Part shown: positions 39,044 through 46,678 of the stretch, one piece after another
How the letters are laid out: every line of letters starts with the position of its first letter
How positions within the stretch are numbered: the stretch's first letter is position 1
Assembly: GCA_964551445.1 (NCBI GenBank)
Contig: CAZKCG010000013.1
Location: forward strand, 23,358 to 87,357
From: an uncultured bacterium
Lineage (GTDB): Bacteria > Muiribacteriota > UBA9980
Reading direction: 5' to 3'
DNA: 64,000 bases
Made by a program: the position numbers and the translations under genes
The notes under the pieces: generated by a model
What the model saw: only the letters and a program-made list of their open reading frames with translations
Told to the model about the DNA's origin: nothing
The model's database searches: none

Positions 39044-39865
39044 TTATTTCATGTCGGGGGTCTTGAAGTCGGAGTTTCCGGCATTGGGAGCCTTGAAATC
39101 GGATTTTCCGGTATCGGCCTTTAAAAAAGTCTTCATCGCGGTGTCCGATTTAGGATAAGCCTTTTTCAGCGAATCGCCGATATCGGGGAAAGCTTTGAAA
39201 TAAAGCTGGGCGTTGACGGCGAGCATGGCGTTTTGGGCTTTGGCTTCCTGTACCGCGTCACCTGTTTTTTTGTAAATGTCGGTTAAATAACCCAGTGCTA
39301 GCGATCTTAAATAAATATTGGTCGATTTGTCGGCGAGGTTCGCGAATAATTCGGCGGCTTCTTTATATCTGCCTTTTTTGTAGAGGTCTGAGGCCTGAAG
39401 GAATACCGGGTGTTGTTCCGCCTGCTGCATCAGCGGCACCATGGCGGTGTTGAAACCGCTTGCGTCTATCATGGGCTTGATATTGGCGTCAAAAAACTCA
39501 TTGTAAGCGGACTGTTTCATCGGCTCGAGGGGCGTGAGCGTCGATTTGTAATATTCGCCGTCATCCCATGTGAAGTTATTGAGACCCGCCACGGCTTTTA
39601 TATGGGACGCCTTGTTTTTAGCCGGAACGCGGCTTTTTCCGCCGAAAAGCGGTCCGTTGTCGATATTTGAGTAACTGCTCGAATCGGAGGTCGTTTTAGA
39701 TGAAGCGTTTTTGACCTTTTTATTGAACGAAAAACCGTCCGACGATCTTTTTGAAGACCGGCTTGAAGAACTGTCTGAACCGCCATAAAGAAAATAGATC
39801 ACCGCCGCGATGATTATGAGCAGAAGTATTATTAATAGCCATTTAAGGCCGCCGTTTTCTTCCAT
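39044..39865 (-). CDS. membrane-anchored protein with a Ser-rich linker and TPR-like C-terminal domain
   Basis: Transmembrane helix LKWLLIILLLIIIAAVIYFLY, then an S-rich linker, then a TPR-like YKKGRYKEAAELFANLADKSTNIYLRSLALGYLTDIYKKTGD. RBS ggag lies 8 nt before the ATG. Confidence 0.55.
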   Translation of the reverse strand: MEENGGLKWLLIILLLIIIAAVIYFLYGGSDSSSSRSSKRSSDGFSFNKKVKNASSKTTSDSSSYSNIDNGPLFGGKSRVPAKNKASHIKAVAGLNNFTWDDGEYYKSTLTPLEPMKQSAYNEFFDANIKPMIDASGFNTAMVPLMQQAEQHPVFLQASDLYKKGRYKEAAELFANLADKSTNIYLRSLALGYLTDIYKKTGDAVQEAKAQNAMLAVNAQLYFKAFPDIGDSLKKAYPKSDTAMKTFLKADTGKSDFKAPNAGNSDFKTPDMK

Positions 39866-39903
39866 TTATAAAGCTCCGTAAAAATAAAATAGCGTCTAAT
39901 TTT

Positions 39904-39932
39904 ATTATAACAAATAAATGACGCTTTGTCAG
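39904..39932 (-). promoter_or_regulatory. near-consensus promoter cTGACA-17 nt-(TGt)TATAAT for the pseudopilin-like operon
   Basis: On the minus strand: CTGACA at 39932-39927 and TATAAT at 39909-39904, preceded by TGt. It sits immediately after the polC stop (39935-39937). Confidence 0.45.
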
Positions 39933-39934
39933 TA

Positions 39935-42900
39935 TCATTCAAAAAAAACTAACTGATCGGTCTGCGGAAGCGCCTTGAGAGTTCCCATGGTCGATAGAAC
40001 TTCTATTACGTTTTTCGAGGCTTTTGTCCTGTCCTTGAAATCTTCTATGGATACGAAATCGGATTTCTGGGCTTCCTCGAAAATTTTATGAGCGACCACG
40101 CCGCCAAGTCCCTGCACCGAGTTGAACGGGCATATCAGGCCGTCGTTGGTTTCTTTATTTATGGTGAAGTTGAAAGCCTTTGATCTATAAAGATCGACGG
40201 GATAAAATTTTATGCCGCGCGCCATGGCTTCCAGCACGACCTCCATTATCACGTATTGTTCGTTCTCTTTGGCCGTCGCTTCCTTGCCTTTCGCTTTCGT
40301 GTCGTTCATGGTGTTTGCGACATATTCACGGCCTTTTAAAACCGTACCCGCGTCGAACGCGGAGAGACCTTTCGTCGAAAAATATGTCGCGTAAAAAGCG
40401 AGCGGATGGTTGACCTTGAAATAGGCTATTCGAAAGGCCATCATGACATAAGCCGCAGCGTGGGCTTTCGGGAACATATATTTTATCTTGTTGCACGAAT
40501 CGATATACCACTGTGGTATATTGTGTTTCTGCATTTCGGCGACCATATCCGGTTTCAGGCCCTTTCCTTTTCTGACGTTCTCCATTATGTTAAACGAGAG
40601 AAGCGGCGGCATGCCGTGTTCCAGAAGATAGTTGATTATGTCGTCGCGCACGGATATAACTTCGGAGAGCTTCGCGTTCCCGTTTTTAATATACATCTGG
40701 GCGTTATTGAGCCAGACGTCGGTGCCGTGCGACAGGCCCGATATTCGAACGAGTTCGCCGAATGTTTTCGGCCTTGTCTCATCGAGCATGCCGCGGACGA
40801 AGGATGTTCCAAATTCCGGTATGCCGAGTGTCCCCAGATTTATTCCGGTGATGTCTTCGGCCTTTATATTAAGCGCGTCAAGGCTTGAAAAAAGCGAAAG
40901 CGTCTGTTTGTCGCCGAATTCGATATCATTGACCGAAAGCCCTGTCAGATCTTCCAGCATTTTTATGATGGTCGGGTCGTCATGTCCCAGAAGGTCGAGT
41001 TTCAAAAGTTTTTTATCGATGGCGTTATAATCGAAATGCGTCGTTATCGTTCCGCCGTTTCTGTCATTGGCCGGGAAATTCACTGGAGTGAACTCATGGA
41101 TATCACGGCCCATTGGAACGATCATGATGCCGCCCGGGTGCTGGCCGGTGGTTTTTTTGACGCCGCTGCAGCCTATGGCTAGCCGGTTCATTTCAGCCGG
41201 CCGTTTATTGACGTGGCGCTCTTCCAGATACGCTTTAACGAAGCCGAACGCTGTCTTATCGGCGATAGTGGATATGGTTCCGGCGCGGAAGACGTTGTTT
41301 TCGCCGAATATCACGCCGACGTATTCATGAATTCGCGGCTGATAGTCGCCGGAGAAGTTAAGATCGATATCGGGCGTCTTGTCGCCGTCGAATCCGAGGA
41401 AGACCTCGAAAGGTATTTTCTGTCCGTCCTTTTTCAACTTCGCGCCGCATTTGGGGCAATTCTTGTCGGCAAGATCGAAGCCTGAATTGAGAGGCAGGTC
41501 CTCGAAAAATTCGGAATATTTGCATTTTTCGTCTTTGCAGTAATAGTGCGGCGGCAGCGGGTTCACCTCGGTGATGTTGGTGAAGGTCGCGACGAGCGAA
41601 GAACCAACGGATCCTCGCGAACCGACCAGGTAGCCGTCGATCATGGATTTTTTGACCAGTTCGTGCGCTATAAGATAAAGCGTCGCGAAACCGTTTTTAA
41701 TGATGCAGTTCAATTCGTGCTCGAGGCGTTTTTTGACCGGCTCGGGGAGCGGATCGCCGTATTTTTTTATCGCGTTCTCCCATGACATATCTTTGATCTT
41801 ATCCTCGGCGCCTTCCATGACGGGGAACGCGTCGTCCTTGGGTATCGGGATAAGATCGCCGATCATGGCCGCCACTTTTTGAGGATTTTCGATGACGACC
41901 TCGTTAGACGCCGCCTCGCCGAGGTATGAAAATTCTTTGAGCATTTCTTCAGTGGTCGGAAAATAAAGCGGGCAGGCGTTTTCTACGTTATCGAACTTCT
42001 GTCCGGCGAATAATATCTTTCTGAAGATCTCGTCCTCGGGATTGAGGTAATGCATATCGGAAGTCGCGCAGACCGGCTTTCCGAGTTTTCTGCCGAGTTC
42101 GTAAATGCGCGTATTCAAAGCGACCAGGTCTTTTTCAGACTTGAATTCTTCAGGCATTTTTTCCATAAAGAATGAATTATTTTTGATCGGCTGTATCTCA
42201 AGGTAGTCGTAAAAATTCGCGACCGCTTCCATTTCTTCGTCGCTTTTTCCGCCCACCATGCCGCGTATGAGTTCGCCCGCCTCGCAGGCCGAGCCGAGTA
42301 TGAGGCCTTCGCGGTGTTTCGTGAGTTCGGCTCTTGGAATGCGCGGCCTTTTATGAAAATAACTGATGTGAGAGGCCGATACGAGTTTATAAAGATTTGT
42401 GATGCCGGCCTGCGTCGCCGCGAGAATTATGATGTGATGAGGCGAAGGGACCTTGACTTTTTTTTCGTTATCATTTTTATTGAGAAGCGCCGTAGAATCC
42501 TCGATGAGATAGCCTTCCATGCCGAATATGGGTTTTATTTTGTTGTTCTTCGCGGCTTCCGCGAATTCAGGAAAGCCCTGAACCACGCCGTGATCCGTGA
42601 GAGCGACGGCGGAATGTCCCCATTTGGCGGCAAGTTTCACGTAATTTGAGATCTCGGTCATTCCGTCCATGGAGGACATTTTAGAGTGGGCGTGCAGCTC
42701 GACCCTTTTTTTATCCGCGGTATCTTTGCGTTCCGGCATTTTTCCGATGTTTACGTCATTGACCATTATTATGTGGTCTTTTTCAAATTGGTCGAACTTC
42801 ACGTTTCCGAGGACCTTTACAACCATTCCGGCTTTGAGCTTGATATCGGCTTCGGGGCTCGCGAATATCTTACAGACTATGGTATCGCTAAGATCGCTGA

Positions 42901-43921
42901 CGGAAAATGAGACGAGTTTTTTGCCGCTTTTGATAAGCCGCATATCCGAAGCTACGATAATGCCTTCGACCATCACGTTCTTGGCTTCCTCATATATTGA
43001 GTTCACTTTTGAAGGATTTAATTTATCGGGTATCTTTCGCCCGAAAAACACGCCTTCTTCCTTAGGGCCGGTATCGGGGGGCCTGGAAGACTGATAGTTC
43101 TGTTTCTGATAAGGCTGCGCGGCCTTCGGGGCGCTTCCCGGAATAATGTTTGAAGGAGGCCTTTCCGCGTATTCCTTTCCGTTGGTTATGATGATGCCGT
43201 TTCCGCTTGTATTCGCGTCTTTCGGTAACGGGTTTGAACCGCCGCCGTTAGAGGCCGAGTTGGTTTGAACCGGATCGCTGATGACAGCGCCGCCGTTATT
43301 TACGCCGTTGCCGTTAGAAACGCCGCCGTTGGGTTTTTCACCGGCGTCAGTATAGGCGAAACTATCCATTGTTTCGGCCTGAAAAGTGCTTCTGTCGATG
43401 AACACGCGGCAGTCCATGCCGAATTTTTCGGATATGTATTTTTCGATGTTTTTGTCGGCCTGTCTGTCTTTTAAAGTATAAAATCCGGTTTCGTGGCCGA
43501 TCTCGACCCTGACGGTCTTTTCGTTGAAAAGGGAGGCTTTCGCCATTGGAAGCCATACCTGGCAGGCTGGCGTCGCTTTTATCACGTATGCCACTATGTC
43601 GTCCCAGAGTTCGGCGATGATGCGCTCAAGGTCGATGCGGCTTTCAAAATTGATATCGAAATTGACCGAGCTTAACCCCGGAAAAATTTTTTTGAAATAG
43701 CTCTGAAGCGGCAGAAGGTCCTTTGAGCTTGTAATTTCATTCGTTTTCAGGCTTATATTAAGTTCCCGGTGGTCCGGTAAATATTCAAGATGGTAAAAAT
43801 CGCAGTTCAATATCCTGGTCCTGCATTCATCGCTGAGATTGCAGTTTTTGATATGTTCTAAGATCTTGTCCTTGCTCTTTGGCGAGATCAAAAGCCTCGT
43901 GCCGTTCTGATTATCCTTCAT
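39935..43921 (-). CDS. polC: DNA polymerase III alpha subunit, PolC type, without the internal 3'-5' exonuclease domain
   Basis: Collinear with Firmicutes-type PolC. PHP domain VELHAHSKMSSMDG...ALTDHGVV...IFGMEGY. PolC Zn module PPHYYCKDEKCKYSEFF...DKNCPKCGAKLKKDGQKIPFEVFLGFDGDKTPDIDLNFSGDYQ. Also TTGQHPGGIMIVP, LDLLGHDDPT and KIKYMFPKAHAAAYV. See the findings for the missing exonuclease insert. Confidence 0.9.
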   Translation of the reverse strand: MKDNQNGTRLLISPKSKDKILEHIKNCNLSDECRTRILNCDFYHLEYLPDHRELNISLKTNEITSSKDLLPLQSYFKKIFPGLSSVNFDINFESRIDLERIIAELWDDIVAYVIKATPACQVWLPMAKASLFNEKTVRVEIGHETGFYTLKDRQADKNIEKYISEKFGMDCRVFIDRSTFQAETMDSFAYTDAGEKPNGGVSNGNGVNNGGAVISDPVQTNSASNGGGSNPLPKDANTSGNGIIITNGKEYAERPPSNIIPGSAPKAAQPYQKQNYQSSRPPDTGPKEEGVFFGRKIPDKLNPSKVNSIYEEAKNVMVEGIIVASDMRLIKSGKKLVSFSVSDLSDTIVCKIFASPEADIKLKAGMVVKVLGNVKFDQFEKDHIIMVNDVNIGKMPERKDTADKKRVELHAHSKMSSMDGMTEISNYVKLAAKWGHSAVALTDHGVVQGFPEFAEAAKNNKIKPIFGMEGYLIEDSTALLNKNDNEKKVKVPSPHHIIILAATQAGITNLYKLVSASHISYFHKRPRIPRAELTKHREGLILGSACEAGELIRGMVGGKSDEEMEAVANFYDYLEIQPIKNNSFFMEKMPEEFKSEKDLVALNTRIYELGRKLGKPVCATSDMHYLNPEDEIFRKILFAGQKFDNVENACPLYFPTTEEMLKEFSYLGEAASNEVVIENPQKVAAMIGDLIPIPKDDAFPVMEGAEDKIKDMSWENAIKKYGDPLPEPVKKRLEHELNCIIKNGFATLYLIAHELVKKSMIDGYLVGSRGSVGSSLVATFTNITEVNPLPPHYYCKDEKCKYSEFFEDLPLNSGFDLADKNCPKCGAKLKKDGQKIPFEVFLGFDGDKTPDIDLNFSGDYQPRIHEYVGVIFGENNVFRAGTISTIADKTAFGFVKAYLEERHVNKRPAEMNRLAIGCSGVKKTTGQHPGGIMIVPMGRDIHEFTPVNFPANDRNGGTITTHFDYNAIDKKLLKLDLLGHDDPTIIKMLEDLTGLSVNDIEFGDKQTLSLFSSLDALNIKAEDITGINLGTLGIPEFGTSFVRGMLDETRPKTFGELVRISGLSHGTDVWLNNAQMYIKNGNAKLSEVISVRDDIINYLLEHGMPPLLSFNIMENVRKGKGLKPDMVAEMQKHNIPQWYIDSCNKIKYMFPKAHAAAYVMMAFRIAYFKVNHPLAFYATYFSTKGLSAFDAGTVLKGREYVANTMNDTKAKGKEATAKENEQYVIMEVVLEAMARGIKFYPVDLYRSKAFNFTINKETNDGLICPFNSVQGLGGVVAHKIFEEAQKSDFVSIEDFKDRTKASKNVIEVLSTMGTLKALPQTDQLVFFE

Positions 43922-43964
43922 CCTCGTATTAACTCCATTATTTTCAGCTGAAACCTTAGTCTGG

Positions 43965-44945
43965 TTAATCGTTGATGGCCGCGTAAAACCTCTTTTTCAT
44001 GTAAGCCGGCATGTATGACTGTTTGAGGTTTTGAAGCCCGGGCATCCCGGAGTCGTCAGAAGTGTTAACGAACTCACATGTGACATTTTCCTTTAAAAAT
44101 TCCCTGAATAAAAACTGTGATAATCCAAAAAAGTTGTTATCCACTTTTTCTATCGCGACCGTAAAAGTATCCGCCGTTGTCTGTTCGCCGATTATAAAGC
44201 CGGCCACCGCTCCGTATAATTTGATGCAGGCCCCCGTTCCGTTAAGCTGCAGGAAGTTCTTCAGGTAGCTTCTGGTCTGAAAAGCCTCCAGCATGAAGTT
44301 CTTTTCAGGATTTATATTCCTGGCGTCAAAAAGTTCCGAAAGATGTATCGTTCGCCCGGGCTTGTTCTCGTAATACCAGTTCTTTAAAAATGAACGGACC
44401 CCGGCTATATTACCGGCCGTTAAAGGCTCTATCACATAAGAAGTGTAGGTCCTTAAAAATTTGTTTATGTTCTCTCTTTTATTTTTATATTTGGAGCCTG
44501 CGAGCTCTATAAGCTTCGCCCGTTCGTAGATGTAGTCCGGCAGGTCTTCGGCCATTGAAATTCCGCTTATTGAGCCCATGAGGCCGGCCTGTTGCTCTGA
44601 AATGCTCAAAATTCTCGAACCGGGGTTCCCGAGAGCTTTCGATATCATTGAAAGCTGTGAAACGGCGACGCCGAGCGCCTTAATAAAATTTTCCGGCGAT
44701 CCCGTTCCGAGAGGCGGATACAGCATGTCTATCATTCTGCGCAATACGCGGACTATAAGGAGGGCTCCATTATCTTCCTTGAAAAAGACCGTGTTCGGAG
44801 GCGACCATACGAAAGCGAGCGGGAACGAATAATCCGAAAAATTACAGTTCTCTTTTTTAAAGTAACCGCCGGCTATGGCGCTTGCGTCTATCGTTAATGG
44901 TTCGAACCCGAAGTCTTTTAATATTTCCGAGGGTTTTCTCAACAT
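43965..44945 (-). CDS. DUF2156-like protein (resembles the lysyl-phosphatidylglycerol synthase C-terminal domain; GNAT-like fold)
   Basis: 326 aa. The N-terminal FSDYSFPLAFVWSP block and the overall length resemble stand-alone DUF2156 proteins. Recalled from memory, not searched. Confidence 0.5.
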   Translation of the reverse strand: MLRKPSEILKDFGFEPLTIDASAIAGGYFKKENCNFSDYSFPLAFVWSPPNTVFFKEDNGALLIVRVLRRMIDMLYPPLGTGSPENFIKALGVAVSQLSMISKALGNPGSRILSISEQQAGLMGSISGISMAEDLPDYIYERAKLIELAGSKYKNKRENINKFLRTYTSYVIEPLTAGNIAGVRSFLKNWYYENKPGRTIHLSELFDARNINPEKNFMLEAFQTRSYLKNFLQLNGTGACIKLYGAVAGFIIGEQTTADTFTVAIEKVDNNFFGLSQFLFREFLKENVTCEFVNTSDDSGMPGLQNLKQSYMPAYMKKRFYAAIND

Positions 44946-44947
44946 TA

Positions 44948-45478
44948 TTATTTCAGTTCTTTCACGAATTTTATGGCGGACGAGCCGTCGTTATAATAGT
45001 TTTCGATCAGGGCGAGAGGCCTGTATCCGAATTTTTCATACATGGCTATCGCTGGAGCGTTGCCTTTTTTTACCTCGAGATAAATTCTGCGGCATTTTCT
45101 GGCCGCAAGCGCTTTTTCAATATGCGTCAGAAGTTTCGTGCCGAGCGAGCGCCCCTGATATTTTTTCGATACGGCTATCGAATAGAGCCTTCCGCATTTG
45201 TTTTCACCGGCCGCCGTCCCGGCGGTCCTGACATAGCCAATGGCGTATGACGATATTTCAGCCGCGCTTTTTTCTTCCGCGCCAATTTCCGCTACGGCGA
45301 ATACCGCGTTTCCGCTTTTTACGGCGTATTGGAACTGTCTTTCATTGAAAGCGTCGCGGCCGAAATTTTCGGTCTCGATAGCCATTACGGCGGCTATGTC
45401 GGCATATTTAGCGGCGCGTATCCGGACCTTTTCGGCGTTTATTTTTATTTTTTCGCCGTCAGCAGTTCTCGTTCTCAC
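44948..45478 (-). CDS. GNAT-family N-acetyltransferase, RimI-like
   Basis: IRAAKYADIAAVMAIETENF...LYSIAVSKKYQGRSLGTKLLTHIEK...IYLEVKKGNAPAIAMYEKFGY, including the acetyl-CoA-binding Q/RxxGxG/A motif. Confidence 0.8.
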   Translation of the reverse strand: MRTRTADGEKIKINAEKVRIRAAKYADIAAVMAIETENFGRDAFNERQFQYAVKSGNAVFAVAEIGAEEKSAAEISSYAIGYVRTAGTAAGENKCGRLYSIAVSKKYQGRSLGTKLLTHIEKALAARKCRRIYLEVKKGNAPAIAMYEKFGYRPLALIENYYNDGSSAIKFVKELK

Positions 45479-46115
45479 ATTTTTTCCTTTTATCTGGTAT
45501 ATACGGCCTGATACGGAATTTCGCCCCGATATCCTCCGCGATCTTTTTACAAGCGGTTTTATCGACGCCAGGCATGTCTATGACCGTAAGCCATACCTCC
45601 GCTATTTTTCCGACGCATTTTTTAGAGAAATCGAGCATTTCATTGTAAGCATCGTCAAACTCTGGATTGCATATTTTGTCATAGAGTACTTTATTATGCG
45701 CGTTAAGGCTTATTGATATTGAATCCAAAAAAGCCGCAAGGCGGGGAACTATGTCGCATTTATTTATGATATTGCCGTGTCCGTTGGTATTTAAACGGAT
45801 CTTAAAACCTTTGGCTTTATATATGTCGGCTATCTTTTCCATGAAGTCGAGCCTGTATGTCGATTCTCCGAGGCCGCAGAAGACGATGTCGGAAACGCCC
45901 GCCGTCGCGAGTTTCTGGATCTGATCCAGAGTTTCGTTCACGCCGGGGTCTTCGGCTAAAGTAAGGTCGTAACCGTCAACGCCCCTGGCGAAGAATTTAA
46001 TGCAGAACTCGCACACGTTGGAACAGGACGAAGTAGTGTTGACGTATATGGCGTTCTTTATTTTATACGCGTAAACCGGGATTATTTTTTCAGGGCTTTT
46101 ACCTGATTCAGACAT
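45459..46115 (-). CDS. small radical SAM protein, TatD-associated-family-like
   Basis: CSNVCEFC (CxxxCxxC) near the N-terminus, 218 aa. RBS agaggag precedes the ATG. Overlaps the downstream GNAT gene by 20 nt. Confidence 0.65.
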   Translation of the reverse strand: MSESGKSPEKIIPVYAYKIKNAIYVNTTSSCSNVCEFCIKFFARGVDGYDLTLAEDPGVNETLDQIQKLATAGVSDIVFCGLGESTYRLDFMEKIADIYKAKGFKIRLNTNGHGNIINKCDIVPRLAAFLDSISISLNAHNKVLYDKICNPEFDDAYNEMLDFSKKCVGKIAEVWLTVIDMPGVDKTACKKIAEDIGAKFRIRPYIPDKRKKCENENC

Positions 46116-46222
46116 TTTGACTCCTCTTTCGAAAAAAACGGTAACCGCGCTCCGGCCGGAAATCGACTTTTAACGGAGCATTTTCGCCTCGGTAGTTGTA
46201 AATATGGTGGTTTTCAAGAGCC

Positions 46223-46249
46223 GCCGGACGGCTTCGGCCGTTTGCCGGC
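46223..46249 (-). other. stable 10-bp hairpin at the predicted 5' end of the radical SAM-GNAT-DUF2156-polC transcript
   Basis: gccgg-acggc-[ttcg]-gccgt-ttg-ccggc. It lies just downstream (minus sense) of the promoter at 46259-46287. Confidence 0.4.
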
Positions 46250-46258
46250 GATATGCTT

Positions 46259-46287
46259 ATTATATACCAAAAATCTTTTTTTTTCAA
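46259..46287 (-). promoter_or_regulatory. sigma-70-like promoter TTGAAA-17 nt-TATAAT on the minus strand
   Basis: On the minus strand: TTGAAA at 46287-46282 and TATAAT at 46264-46259. Confidence 0.4.
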
Positions 46288-46344
46288 TCAAAATCATTTG
46301 TAAAAACACAGCAAAACCGCCCGCTAAAATTGAAAGTTTTTATT

Positions 46345-46374
46345 TTGACTGATAAGTTAGTGTTGTGTTATAAT
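46345..46374 (+). promoter_or_regulatory. near-consensus promoter TTGACT-18 nt-(TGt)TATAAT on the plus strand
   Basis: TTGACT at 46345-46350, TGt at 46366-46368 and TATAAT at 46369-46374. The next plus-strand start codon is ~300 nt downstream. Confidence 0.45.
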
Positions 46375-46452
46375 AATGCTAAATGACTTAAACTTAAAAA
46401 TACTGGATACTTATCATATAAAAACATGATCATAAATGAAAAGCAGCATTAT

Positions 46453-46557
46453 TTGCCTCTTATTTTGCGGGATGACGGGTCTGAGGCTCAAGCGCCGCCG
46501 ATTCGGGGAATGGGGTCTTCCGGCAAGGGTGAGCTTCCGTAAATGGAGGGTGGGCAA
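46453..46557 (+). ncRNA. candidate structured RNA element (leader, riboswitch-like element or sRNA) of unknown class
   Basis: A GC-rich island inside AT-rich intergenic DNA, downstream of the strong promoter. A possible closing helix pairs UUGCCU (46453-46458) with GGGCAA (46552-46557). An internal hairpin is cuucc-guaaau-ggagg (46534-46549). I recognise no known Rfam consensus. Confidence 0.25.
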
Positions 46558-46678
46558 TACGATAATTCTGGCTGAGTATTGTTAATGCTCATGCATCAAA
46601 ACGATAAAAATGCAGTCATAAGTTCCGCCATATTTTAATAAAACGCATTTATTTATAAAAAACGCGGAAGGCTTATCG

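Noticed and set aside
46204-46386. 60-aa plus-strand ORF in the large intergenic region.
   Set aside because: It has no RBS and spans both predicted divergent promoters. The product is basic and low-complexity, so it is most likely non-coding.
46536-46560. ggagggtgggcaatacg resembles the T-box consensus AGGGTGGTACCGCG. I also compared the neighbouring ggggtcttccggcaagggtgagc with SRP RNA domain IV.
   Set aside because: For the T-box: there is no specifier-loop or Stem I architecture, no downstream aminoacyl-tRNA synthetase or amino-acid gene, and the match is incomplete. For SRP RNA: the core GGAAGCAGCC and the GNRA-closed helix are absent.
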